From: Rhizodiscina lignyota
Taxonomy: Eukaryota
Length of the DNA: 38,962 nucleotides
Direction: 5' to 3'
NCBI GenBank assembly: GCA_010015805.1
Contig: ML978125.1
Location: 2,356,001-2,394,962, forward strand
The notes under the pieces were generated by a model, which saw nothing but the letters and a program-made list of their open reading frames with translations, had not been told where the DNA came from and did not search any database. The position numbers and the translations under genes are program-made. Within the stretch, counting starts at the first letter, position 1. Each line of letters starts with the position of its first letter. Positions 1 to 11,313 of the stretch are shown piece by piece.

Positions 1-829
1 TAGCCTGCACGCTGACCTTCCCCTCTTCAGCACGACCAGGGTCTTCATCCAGCTGTAGCACTTCGTGTCCTGTATAGGGCTGCTGAATCGATGCAACGCC
101 CGTCCCAAAGAGTCAAGTACAGCCCGAGGCCATGTCTCCGGAGCTTCCTCGACACGTGCAGCTATACAATTTCCACCAATGTGCTCATCCATATTTTCGA
201 ACGGGCCTCCATGCTGTCCTGCTGCTCAATGAACAACCACGACACGGACAACTGCCGCCCTTTCAGCAGGGCTTCAAACATCGCTTTTCATGTTATCTCT
301 CGTTTACTGATGCTTAGAGAGCTTTGAAAGACGCCGAAATATGGAATTTCGCGCAAAATGTCAGCCCATATGCTCTCTGCAAAAATTTTCCCATCGCCTG
401 ATGAGGAGATTCAGCCTCCTTTCGACTCTGCATAGACGAATCCACAACCACGCATTCACACCAATAGGAAATATTCACCCTCTACGGTCTCAGCAGAAGC
501 GTTAAGAGCAGGGACTTTTGCATGGAGAAAAGGAATTTGAAGCTACAGCTCGATACTGCTGCGGACCATTGGCGCCAACGAGTAAACGAGCATCAGCCAG
601 GTTTACGGTGGATAAGCCCCAAGTCCATTGCTACACCTGCATAGCACCACTTAAAAAAGCAAGCCTTGCCGGCTTTTGAATATGGATATTGGAAGGCACT
701 GCATTTTCTATGTGGTCGTTATTGCTTGCAAGTTTTACTATTTCTGGAAACACCTGAGCTTGCAGCAGCACTCTCAGTACCGAAACCGAACGTCCGTATC
801 CCAAAAGGATTGTCTGCAGCAGAAGCTCT

Positions 830-1954
830 TCAAGGCGTGATCACCGCTCGTTCACCGCTTGCCTGCCCTTCAGCAGCAGAGTCAAAGGCCTTCTCCCATT
901 CTTCGAGTTTGAACTTTCCTGACACTCTACCCCCGCTTCCTCCAGTCAACTTCAGCACTCCAATTTCAGCCATGCCGATCAGCGTCTTGATATCGTCCCG
1001 CGTGTACATGAACATCCCATGCAACTTAATGCTCCTATGCATGATGGCACCAATTGGTATCGCTACGTCCTCCTGCTGACCCCCCATTAACGAAACATAG
1101 CCACCTGGACGGAGCGCTAGAATACAGCTCTTCAAGTGTGTGGACCTGGACGCTTGTGGCGGTGAGATGTCGAAGAAGGCATCAATTTTGCCGAACTTCT
1201 GAAGCTCTTCGAGGTCAGTCTGCATGTCTCCAGTCATTTGAACGACCTCCGTTCGCTCGTTGCCGGCAGCAATGCGCTGTAGAGCGTTCTTGTTACGCCC
1301 CATGGCAATGACGCGGGCGCCCATAGCGACAGCCATGCGGACGGCCGCGCCGCCGAAGTTGCCAGTGGCAGGCGCAACGATGATGGTTTGTCCAGCCTTC
1401 AACCTAATGTCACTTAGGCCGCCAAATGGAACAGCAAGTGTTGAGATATAAGACAGGTCTTCTAGAGTATACCCCAATCCACCGTCCGCTGGACTTCCAA
1501 GGAATCGCTGCTCATTGAAGGGATGAAGTTGCTCCAAAGGACACTTCGCGTACTCGGCATACGTAGAATTTCTCCATTCGCCGCGCATGAGAGTACGGCT
1601 CGCCTCTGTCATGCCTTCGTGCAGCCCGGACAAGATGGAGGCGGACGGCTCATCGCGCGCCTGGATGAACGAGTCCACGAGAACAAGCTGTCCGGGCTTG
1701 AGGGAAGTCGTATCTGGCCCGATAGCAGCAATCCTTCCAACCGCGCTTGACCCAATAGTCAAGGGCTTTTGGAGGGGATATGGGCGCTGGCCGCTGAAGA
1801 CTTCTTTAGCGTATGAAAGGACATTTGCGGCGAGAATTCGGACGATCGCGCTGCCTGGGCCTGGCTTTGGTGTTGGCTGCTTGTCAACTTTCGGTGGATA
1901 GATGTCGAGGACGAGCGCTTTGTGCCATGCCGGGAGCTCAGATGTAGACGCCAT
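830..1954 (-). CDS. Medium-chain dehydrogenase/reductase (MDR, GroES + Rossmann fold), probably zinc-independent
   Basis: Intronless 374-aa ORF. GroES-type segment GSSAVGRIAAIGPDTTSLKPGQLVLVD; nucleotide-binding APATGNFGGAAV; C-terminal 'FKLEEWEKAF' typical of MDRs. Confidence 0.9.
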   Translation of the reverse strand: MASTSELPAWHKALVLDIYPPKVDKQPTPKPGPGSAIVRILAANVLSYAKEVFSGQRPYPLQKPLTIGSSAVGRIAAIGPDTTSLKPGQLVLVDSFIQARDEPSASILSGLHEGMTEASRTLMRGEWRNSTYAEYAKCPLEQLHPFNEQRFLGSPADGGLGYTLEDLSYISTLAVPFGGLSDIRLKAGQTIIVAPATGNFGGAAVRMAVAMGARVIAMGRNKNALQRIAAGNERTEVVQMTGDMQTDLEELQKFGKIDAFFDISPPQASRSTHLKSCILALRPGGYVSLMGGQQEDVAIPIGAIMHRSIKLHGMFMYTRDDIKTLIGMAEIGVLKLTGGSGGRVSGKFKLEEWEKAFDSAAEGQASGERAVITP

Positions 1955-3131
1955 TATTGATCAACTACAATAGTGCGAATGAAATTGAATATTGGTTTCG
2001 CGCTGCAACGCCATTTCTGTTCTTTCCAAGACCGCTTTATACACCGATGATACATTTGAAGCACGCGGGGTTGAACTTCTAAAGTCCGTGGAGTTTCGTC
2101 CAAGACAGGGCTTGGCGTTTTGAAGCTAACCCAATACGCCGAAAAGGGAAATTGGAAACTGGTGAACTTGCCCCGTGCGCCCTTAACTACGACAAATCAC
2201 AACCCGTCCTGCAGCTTCCAGCGTATGATATTGAATTCCACGCTGACGGGCATCTTTAATGATTCCGATTCAGTTAGTGATCTCCAGTTTCCTATCTGCC
2301 GATTTGATTGAATCTCCGTAATCACCGTTCAGCTTGGGGTCACGAAGAGCGGAGACAAAGGGCGTGGAATTACCAATCTTTTCGTTATTCGACCCATCCT
2401 CCAACGTTCATTGATATATACGAGCGCTCTATTCCATGCTTCCAGCTCAGTTCTACAAGCAACGTCGAACGAACATCGCGCGCCAAGTCAACACTAGACC
2501 TCCAGTACCCTCAGCTCTCCAATGCCTGACATCTGGAAACCGTTGTTGAATTTCAAAAGGCCAAACCATATCGCTATCGGGACAGTTCAGACGCCTGTCG
2601 GACTGGTCAGAGACGTATTCCATCCATATATTTCAACGACTTGCCTCTTCACTTTCCCCGCCTACTCCATGCAACTGAGCTTCTCAATCCCTTTTCATTT
2701 TTCGCCTCTTCCCATTCAATCTATTAGTTGGTGATTAAGTGCTTCAGTCGTTTCCGATCTGCAGATAAACCATCAAAGCGGCAGCATAGCTGTTAGAAGT
2801 TAGAACTGTCAGTCTCAGTTTCCTTCCAGCGGATCGTGTAGTACAAATACTCATCCCGCGGTCGTCGTCAGTGCGTGAAATGCCTTCCGGTCAGTGGCAG
2901 CGGCCTTTAAAACTGCCAACAGCATCACTGCTACGACAGTCACGACTGATTTTGGGAGGCTGATATGCAAAGAGTTGAGCCCCCACATTGGAGCAGACAC
3001 CGATGAACTGTTAGTCTGTTATAGTTTGCATTGTACTTCGCCATTCTGTCTCAGGCTCTAAATGATTGAGAAAATTTCATTGTGCATATATCAAATCTCA
3101 CGAAGTGCTTCTGAAGGACGAATGTACTCGG

Positions 3132-5199
3132 CTAAAGCCCATCACCAGTGTCCATCAAGTTCGCATTGCTTGATCTCTTATCCACAACCTTCTCCTGCTC
3201 CACAACACCTCCACTATCACTTGTGGTATCGTCTTTAATCTCCCTGAGAGGCCCAGTAAATCTGTGCCTCGCCTCCACAAAATAATCGATGATCGCAAGA
3301 ATCATCACACCCGCGAGCATGGGGCCTGACCAGTTGAAGTTCTGCGCCGTTATTGGCGATATTGGTGGGAAGGGGAGGAAGATGGTTAGGAATGTTCCGA
3401 ACAGTATCGCGACGACGTTTACAGCCGGACCCCAGCGACCGAGGTTCCATGGCCCAAGCACAGGTGGATTTTTCGAAAAGCGTCTGGTGAAGAACAGGGC
3501 GATCGGGAAGCCGTAGGAAAAATAGATAGCGATAGTGGAGAGGGACAGGAGGCTATTGAACGCAGTGGTATTGCCAAGGTTGATACAGCCGAGGATGCAG
3601 GTGCAAAGAAATGCAAGAAGTACGGCACGGTTTGGGGTAGAGTTCCACGGAGAAATATGGGAGATGAAGCGGGAGAACGGGAGGCCGCTGTCATCAGTCG
3701 TCAGCATGCAAAAGTCGATGACATTTCCTTCGTTAAATTGAGCCTTACTTGTCGCGGGCGAAAGCCCAGATTAAGCGACTGAGACTTGTATACATCTACG
3801 TATGTTAGCGTTTGTCGCTCCCGAATGTATTGAATTCTACATAACCTACCCCAATCATATTAAAGCCAGCGATGATTGGAATGGCAGCAAGCATGGCATT
3901 TGCAGCATTCTTATTTCGAGTAGCCTAGATCGGTTATAAGTTTGAATGCTGTACATTGACCGTTAGGAGATACCATTCATACCTGAAAATACAGCTCCGC
4001 GATTGCACCTGCCGGGGAATTTAGTACGGCGTCGAGGTCTGTGATGGCGTACAGAATGACAATAATGTAGACTAATGCCATTGCACCGTTAATTGCGACA
4101 GCCATCCACATTGCCCGGGGGATATTCCTATTCGCATTGAAAGTTTCTTCGCTCAAGTGAACCACTCCATCTGCTCCGGCAAGTGACAGCGCGGGTGAAA
4201 GGAATCCGATACAAAAGCTTATCCCAGGTACGTGTGGCCACCCTTGATGAATAAACTTCGTCCAAACATCTGCGGAAGGGGCTTTATGGCTCGTAGCAAG
4301 GATGCCAATGACGACGAGAAAGAAGAATAACCTGACGGTGTCAGTGGCTCGAGCAATACGAACTGGGCGAGATACGTACACGTGTAGTGAGCCTCCGACC
4401 ATCTCGGTGTGTGGGACAATACTGAATATTAGTCAGTACAGATTTAAATGCCATGTCCGACGATCCTCACGCTCTTGCGAATATGACAAATACACAGGCG
4501 ATTACGCTCAGCCCAATCATCAAGACCGTCAAATGCCAAGCTTTCGGATCGTATGAGGCATGGTTGAATATTATCAACGTCTGGATCGCAACCGAAGTTA
4601 GGTAGGCTATGCTCGTCAATGCTGCCTGCCATGCGAGGACGGTAAGCCATCCTTGGACGTAGCTAAAGAATGCCTGAAAGCGAGGCGGCGCGTGTTCTGC
4701 TGTCCAGTGATACTGTGCGCCTGCAATGGGCGAGCTATTGATAAATGTCAGCACCCACTTAAACTAGCCAGAGATTGACTGAGACCAAGTTACGAACATA
4801 GAGGCCATCTCCGCCAACGACAACATAATTGCCAACACTCCGATGAGGCAAATAATAAATCCGTAAATGATACCTACGGGTCCTCCATTAAGAAAAGTGC
4901 TGGACACCGTTAATCCGATACCTTCCCAAGTTGTAAGTGTTGTCGCAGCAAGGCCAAGGCAAGCCCAGAAGTTCCATTCGCGCTTTTGACGGTCAGGGAG
5001 TTGGACAGCTTGGAATAGTCATGGCAAGTGCCAAGCTTGCACTGACCTTAAGAACTTGCTTTTTGCCCGCTATTTTCAACGCTTCCTCATCTGATAGCGG
5101 GTTAAGAATGGATCGCTCGTGGCCGTGGAGTTGTTTTGGCGTTGTTGGAAGGTTAGATGTCGTTGGGTTTGAGCCACCATGGCTGCTTGGGAGACTCAT
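3132..5199 (-). CDS. Amino acid/choline/GABA permease (APC superfamily, Hnm1/Uga4-like)
   Basis: Eight exons join in frame: 5199-5047, 4982-4798, 4734-4471, 4421-4380, 4331-3983, 3924-3850, 3795-3749, 3687-3132. Family motifs: EMASISPIAGAQYHW, GADGVVHLSEET, SRLIWAFARDNGLPFS, GPWNLGRWG. Confidence 0.92.
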
Positions 5200-6528
5200 A
5201 TTGCAGATACTAGATAGTGTAAGTATCTACCTGCGCCAAATCTCGAGGAACAGCCACTAGATCTGTAGATGGCTAGGTGGCCGACATTACCAAGCTTATA
5301 AAGTTGTTTCCATCCTTCGTGAGGCTCGAATGCTCCCAGGATATTCGCGACCGATGCGGGCCAGTGACTGCATGGGGCTGTCCAGAACCACACATCTGCC
5401 ATGCTCACTTCCCCAATGCGGAAGGTCACTCAGCAGCTGATATGCATTATTGAAATATAAGTGTAGATCCCAAGAAATAGCCATGCAGTCTTGGAAAAAG
5501 TATGAGAGATATGGAACTTTGTGACGAATCTAGTGCTATGAAACCTGCAGAGCTACGACGCCAATAAGAACTCATACAAATGGAGCATCTGAATAGTCTA
5601 TAATCACCCCTAACGCCATATTTTGGCTAAATTGAAGCTGGAGAAGATTTGATGTTGGTTTGAGAGGCGATATACCTAACCCGACACAAAGGTTGGCAAG
5701 ATGGACAAGGGGAATGTTGGAGGTCTCCGACGCTGCTACTGGCACAGATCTTTTGTCAGACCCGGGATATCAGGCTGACCATGTTGTGTCTGAGTATTTT
5801 GTTAGGTAGCAATGTGCGACGGTGGGATTGTTGATAACTACCGTGTTGTTACACGTTTACAGGATGAGGTGAGGTGAGGCGCGCTTTTCCCGCGTACATA
5901 CGATTTCCGAACGGACATCCACTGGATTTCCAACGCACGCACGCGCGGCTTTGCCAGAAAGAGATATTTCCTCACATGGAGTCGTTAACGATCACGATTG
6001 GTTACTTCCAATTCTAAAACCTTCAGCTATGAAAGTGCATCTATAATTGAAAAATCTATCCTGAACGCACAAACGATTGCCGAGCAACTGTATTCATCCT
6101 ACCGTGCCGACGTTTTCCGATAATCAAAGTTAGCCTGTGCCATGAATACGACTACATCCGCATCGCGGCAGCATCGCCAGCACACGCCTGTCAGTTATAT
6201 ATGCTGAAGCTGCGAATTTTAGATAAATATCTGGTGTATATCTAACGAGCTTTCAGAGATCTTCTCCTCTATTTTAAAGAACGAATTCTGTTCTTACTAC
6301 AGTCGTTCAGGTAATGGGGCGCATCTACTTTGTCACCTACGTGATCGCTCAAGCTCGGAGCCCCAATAGCGGAGATACGTATACTTCGAGCATGCAGTAC
6401 ATAACTTTGCTTCCTTCCTCCAGGTACAACCGCATCATGTTTCTCATTATAGCATTTTCATATATAAACTTTGTACTAAGAAGCCTCTCTACAATAGCAT
6501 TTGTAATCCTGTCTTTCAATGATGTAGA

Positions 6529-8258
6529 ATGACGCTATTCCGGTTTAGAGTAGGGCTCCCCCTGAGAAGGACGAGATTTCATTTCGGAGCGCAGAAATTC
6601 TTCAACATCATGAATGCCTCCACAACAGACGCCAATGAGTTGCACCATGCACAGCAACAGTTCATTCAGAAGCTATATGAGCGTAATGAGACGACTCTAC
6701 CTCCTGAAGAGATCCTCGAGCAAGCCCGTAATGACATCGTTACGAGACTTCCAGATGATGGAGCCGGAACTCACAAAACCTTAATCAATCTGGACAAGTT
6801 GACAAAGGGTTTCAACAATCCCATTTTGAGTTCTACTTACTATGGTTTTGTCACTGGGGGTGTGACGCCTATTGCGAGTGTCGCAGACACCGCGTGCTCC
6901 GTCTACGATCAGAATGTACAAGTGCATCTGCCGAAAGAAACGATAGCCACCGATATTGAATACAGCACTCTTAAAATGCTTTGCCAGCTTCTCCATCTTC
7001 CGATAGACACTTTCACACACCGGACCTTTACGACAGGTGCAACCGCCAGCAATGTACTCGGTCTAGCTTGTGGGCGAGAATATGTCATCTCGAAAGCCGC
7101 TGAACGCCATTCCGAGGACGTGTCCGTGGGAAGAGATGGTCTAATTGGAGCAATGCGCAAGTCCAGATTAGACGATATCCAAATACTTACCACCGTGCCT
7201 CACTCCTCTCTAGCCAAGGCTGCCAGCATTGTCGGTCTTGGGCGAGAATGCATCCAATTGGTTGGGAAGGACGATGTACCGTACAAGTTCGACCTCACAA
7301 AGCTGCAGAAGCTCCTTCGCCGGCCCAAAACTGCCTCAATTGTTGTCATATCGTGTGGCGAAGTCAATACAGGGTACTTTGCTACTGACTTTGCAGATAT
7401 GCAACAGATTAGGCATCTATGTGATGAGGCGGGGGCATTTATTCATTGTGACGGAGGTAAGAAGCATTATCTCCTTTTTCTTACAACGTTTAGAGCATGT
7501 AACTAACCTTCGAAGCGTTTGGGCTCATGGCTCGATGTTTGCAACGGTCTGACGATGCGTCGAAGAGACACTTGCAGCTGGATAAGCTCCTGGAGGGCTG
7601 TGAAGGAATTGAACTGGTAGACTCGATTACGGGAGACGCTCATAAGCTGCTGAACGTGGTATGTGAAACCCAGATTTCCTAATGCCATTGAATATTCAAT
7701 ACTAACTCTTCGAAGCCATATGACTGTGGTTTCTTCTTCAGCCGCCGACTCCACCTGGCTACCAACGTCTTTCGAAATGCAGGTGCCGCGTATCTGAACG
7801 TTGCAACATCGAATGACGACAGCGAAAATATTCCATCGCCATTGAACATTGGCATCGAGAATTCTCGCCGTTTTCGAGCCTTGCCAGTCTATGCGTCTCT
7901 TGTAGCATATGGGCGTAAAGGCTACGCCGAGATGCTCCTGCGACAGATCAGGCTCGCACGGGAGATAGCTTCATGCATCTCCAAGTTAAAGTTTCTTCAA
8001 TTATTGCCACAGGAATCGAGTAACAACTTCGAGCGTGTATACATCGTCGTGCTTTTCCGAGCGAAGGACGACAACCTCAATAAACAGCTTGTTCAGCGTA
8101 TCAACCGGTCGCGGCAGATTTACGTCTCAGGAACGTCGTGGGACGGGGCGCCAGCTGCACGAATTGCAATCTCAAATTGGAGAGTCGATGTATCGACAGA
8201 CGCACCTCGCGTCGAGAATGTTCTTCGAGATGTGTACCGAAGCTGGATGACCGAATAG
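6529..8258 (+). CDS. Group II pyridoxal-phosphate-dependent amino acid decarboxylase
   Basis: Exons 6529 (or 6610)-7456, 7516-7658, 7716-8258. Motifs: YYGFVTGG, FTTGATASNVLGL, HSSLAKAA, HCDGAFG (spans intron 1), PLP-lysine DSITGDAHKLLNVPYDCG, ENSRRFRALPVY. Substrate cannot be determined from sequence. Confidence 0.92.
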
Positions 8259-8764
8259 AGGCTATGACAGACTATCGAAAGGCACAGAACCCAAATACTG
8301 TAAAGAGACTCCCGCTTTGGGTGTACCAGCAGCTCTGGAATAGTTCAAAGAGATGCAGATCTTGGTCGACCTTTATGAAATTAAAGGCACAGCCAACTTG
8401 GGATTCTTTTGTGCTCGACCTGCTATTAACGACTTAGTAAACCCTGATATTATTTCGTACTTTCGACAACCTATCATAGCTATGTGAGTATACGATGCTG
8501 CCGGGGAGATACTGATGAAAGGGGCCGCAGGGGTTAAATTTTCCGCTCCTTTTCCGTCCGCGCAACCACCAACCTCGCAACTTTTCTGTTCGGTTTTATC
8601 ACCGAGGACTCGCTGCACAGACCAAATTAATTAATATGGGGAAAATCCGGGGACCCCACTCGAATATTTAGGTACAAGTATCTGCGTCCGTTCATATGTT
8701 GCCAGTTGTGCTGTGGTGTCCGCTGCCGTCGTGTTGTTCTTCACCATCTCAGCTTTCTAACACC

Positions 8765-10659
8765 ATGGCCTCAATACTAAAGAAGATCATTCGCAATCAT
8801 GCGATGAAGGAGGATCCAGTGGAAATCTATGGGTGGAGATCTTTCGCGCTCACTTTGACTGTGTGTCTGCTCCCAAAAATTCCAGATATTGAGAAATAGA
8901 AAGCTCAATATTATGCACATCTGTAGCTAATCAAATCATCACCAGGCCTGCATGTCTGGCATGTTGTTTGGCATGGATACAGGAATCATTGGGGGTGTTA
9001 TCGTTCTTCCTGCTTTTACTGCGTAAGTTACTGGAGCTATTCTCAATCGTATCTGACAAGTGACACAGCAAATACCACTTTGATGGCCTTAGCCCGAGTG
9101 CGACTGCGACTTTGTCTGCCAACATAGTTTCGTTCTTGCAGCTTGGCTGCATTTTTGGAGCATTTCTGGCCTATCCCTTTGCCGACAAGTACGGACGTCG
9201 ACCTTCATTGATAGTTTCGGCCATCATCGGACTCATTGGAATCGTCTTGCAATTCTCCGCCTCGGGCTATCTCGCCTGTATGTACGTTGCAAGGTATATA
9301 CGAATGCTTTTAATGTTAACAAGCCATTCAAAATTGCTGACATTGTTTAAGACTTGTTGCCGGGTTTGGTTGTGGTGCTTGTTCCATGATCGCTCCTCTC
9401 TATGTCTCGGAGAACGCACCTCGAGCACTCCGAGGGATGTTGACTGGCACGTTCCAATTCTTCAATACCTTTGGAGTCATGATTGCATTCTGGATCGATT
9501 ATGGCGTTCAGCTACACGTCACTGGTGCGGCTTCGTATATTGTGCCTTTAGCCATGCAAGCCGTTCCGGCTGTGCTGTTGATAGTGGGAATGTTCTTCCT
9601 GCACGAATCACCTCGTTTCCTAGCAAAACAAGACAAGTGGGAAGAAGCCAAGAAAGTCCTCGCACTAGTCCGGAATCTTCCTGAGAGTCATCCTTACCTC
9701 CAAAACGAATTCAACGATATCGCTATTCAACTCGAGCGAGAGCGCCTCCTGATCAACGGCGCAAGCTGGCGTGCCTTACAGCGGGAGATGTGGACCATTC
9801 CGGGAAACAGAAGAAGGGCAATCATTAGTTTTGTTCTGATGATGTTCCAGAACACAACGGGCTCGAATGCGATAAATTACTATTCGCCTACAATTTTTAA
9901 AGACGTTGGTATCACAGGAACTTCAGTGAGCTTGCTAGCCAGTGGTGTCTATGGCGTCATCAAAATGTGTTCCTGTGTGGCATATCTGGTCTTCTTCGCG
10001 GATTCGCTTGGCCGCAGGAGGTCATTACTTTGGACTGCCATTGCGATCGCTTGCGTCATGATGTACGTCGGGCTCTATATTCGCATCTCTCCTCCGAAAC
10101 CAGGCGCTACAATCCCAGCTGCAGGATATGTTGCTCTGGTCTGCATTTACCTCTTTGCCGTCTTCTTCCAAATGGGATGGGGTGCGACGGCTTGGATATA
10201 TTGCGCGGAAATCCCGACTGCACGCTTGCGTGCAATGAACGTATCGATCGCTGCGGGATCGCAGTGGCTGTGGAACTTTGTGATCGCACGTGCTACGCCC
10301 AATATGTTGGTGAACATGGGAAGTAATGGTTACGGGTGAGTTTGGTGTTTCAATTAAAGGTGCGGTAGCAAGCAGCTAAATCATACGAAAACAGGACGTA
10401 CATATTTTTCAGTTGCTGCTGTATCTGCTCGTTCATATTCGTCTGGTTCTTCGTGCCAGACACAAAAGGTGAGCTGAGTCTAATATTGCGTTATCTCGGA
10501 GATTTGCTCATGACTTGAATAGGACTCTCTCTGGAGCAAATGGATGACCTCTTTGGAGTGACTCAACTGGTGGAAAAGAAGGCCGGAGATACTGAACTTA
10601 CAACAATTGACGACCCGGACAGGAAAAATGATGCGGACACACGGATAGAGAAGGTCTAG
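8765..10659 (+). CDS. MFS sugar-porter family transporter, quinate-permease-like
   Basis: Exons 8765-8860, 8946-9022, 9069-9293, 9352-10335, 10395-10468, 10523-10659. Motifs: [65 protein letters not shown]-terminus ...DPVEIYGWR resembles QutD-like porters. Confidence 0.92.
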
Positions 10660-11313
10660 CATGCATAGTGGCCTATCGAATCATTATGCCCGTGCATCAT
10701 GTAATAAGTCTTATCCCAACTGCAATCCAAAAATAACTGGCCCACGTTTTTTTTGTTTTTTTTGGAATAGCTTCAACCCCCTTTAACGGCTGCTGTGCCA
10801 CGGATCCGACCTGCAGCGGAATGTCTGCTGTTAAGCCCATCCCAAGTCGCCCAAGTACTCCGCCACAACTTTGAGTTTCGCTATGAATTTGATTCATCGC
10901 TGGAATCCATTGAGGTTTATACATATCCGACCCAATTCGCTGCACAGCGTAGGTAGCTGGAGAACAATCAGACGACTTTGACCATTGACTACGCACCAAA
11001 TTAGGGCTCTTCGGAACATCAAAATGAGATTGGGCAAAATATTCGACAATATTGCCGCTCTTCTGTAGATCGGTACGCAGCATAATATCTCCTTAGCCCC
11101 CTATCACATGTAATTGGTTGCCAATGCTTAAGTAGTCCCAGATCGAGCGCTGCGTACATATCGATAGCGGGGTCATTAGGGCAATACGAGCGACAATCTT
11201 CGACAAGTTTCGAAATTCAGCCTTGCTGCTCTATTTAACTTTCATACAAGTTGAGTAAAGTGATAAAAAATATCTCATCACGGTGTCGCCTCCATACAGC
11301 ATATTGAGCGAGG

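Noticed and set aside
1..330. Possible partial gene at the window start (open minus-strand frame from about 192 to the edge; short plus-strand ORFs)
   Set aside because: No recognisable motif and too little sequence to support a call.
10697..11083. 128-aa minus-strand ORF between the sugar porter and the HET gene
   Set aside because: No family motif; runs through a poly-T tract in the porter's likely 3' region.
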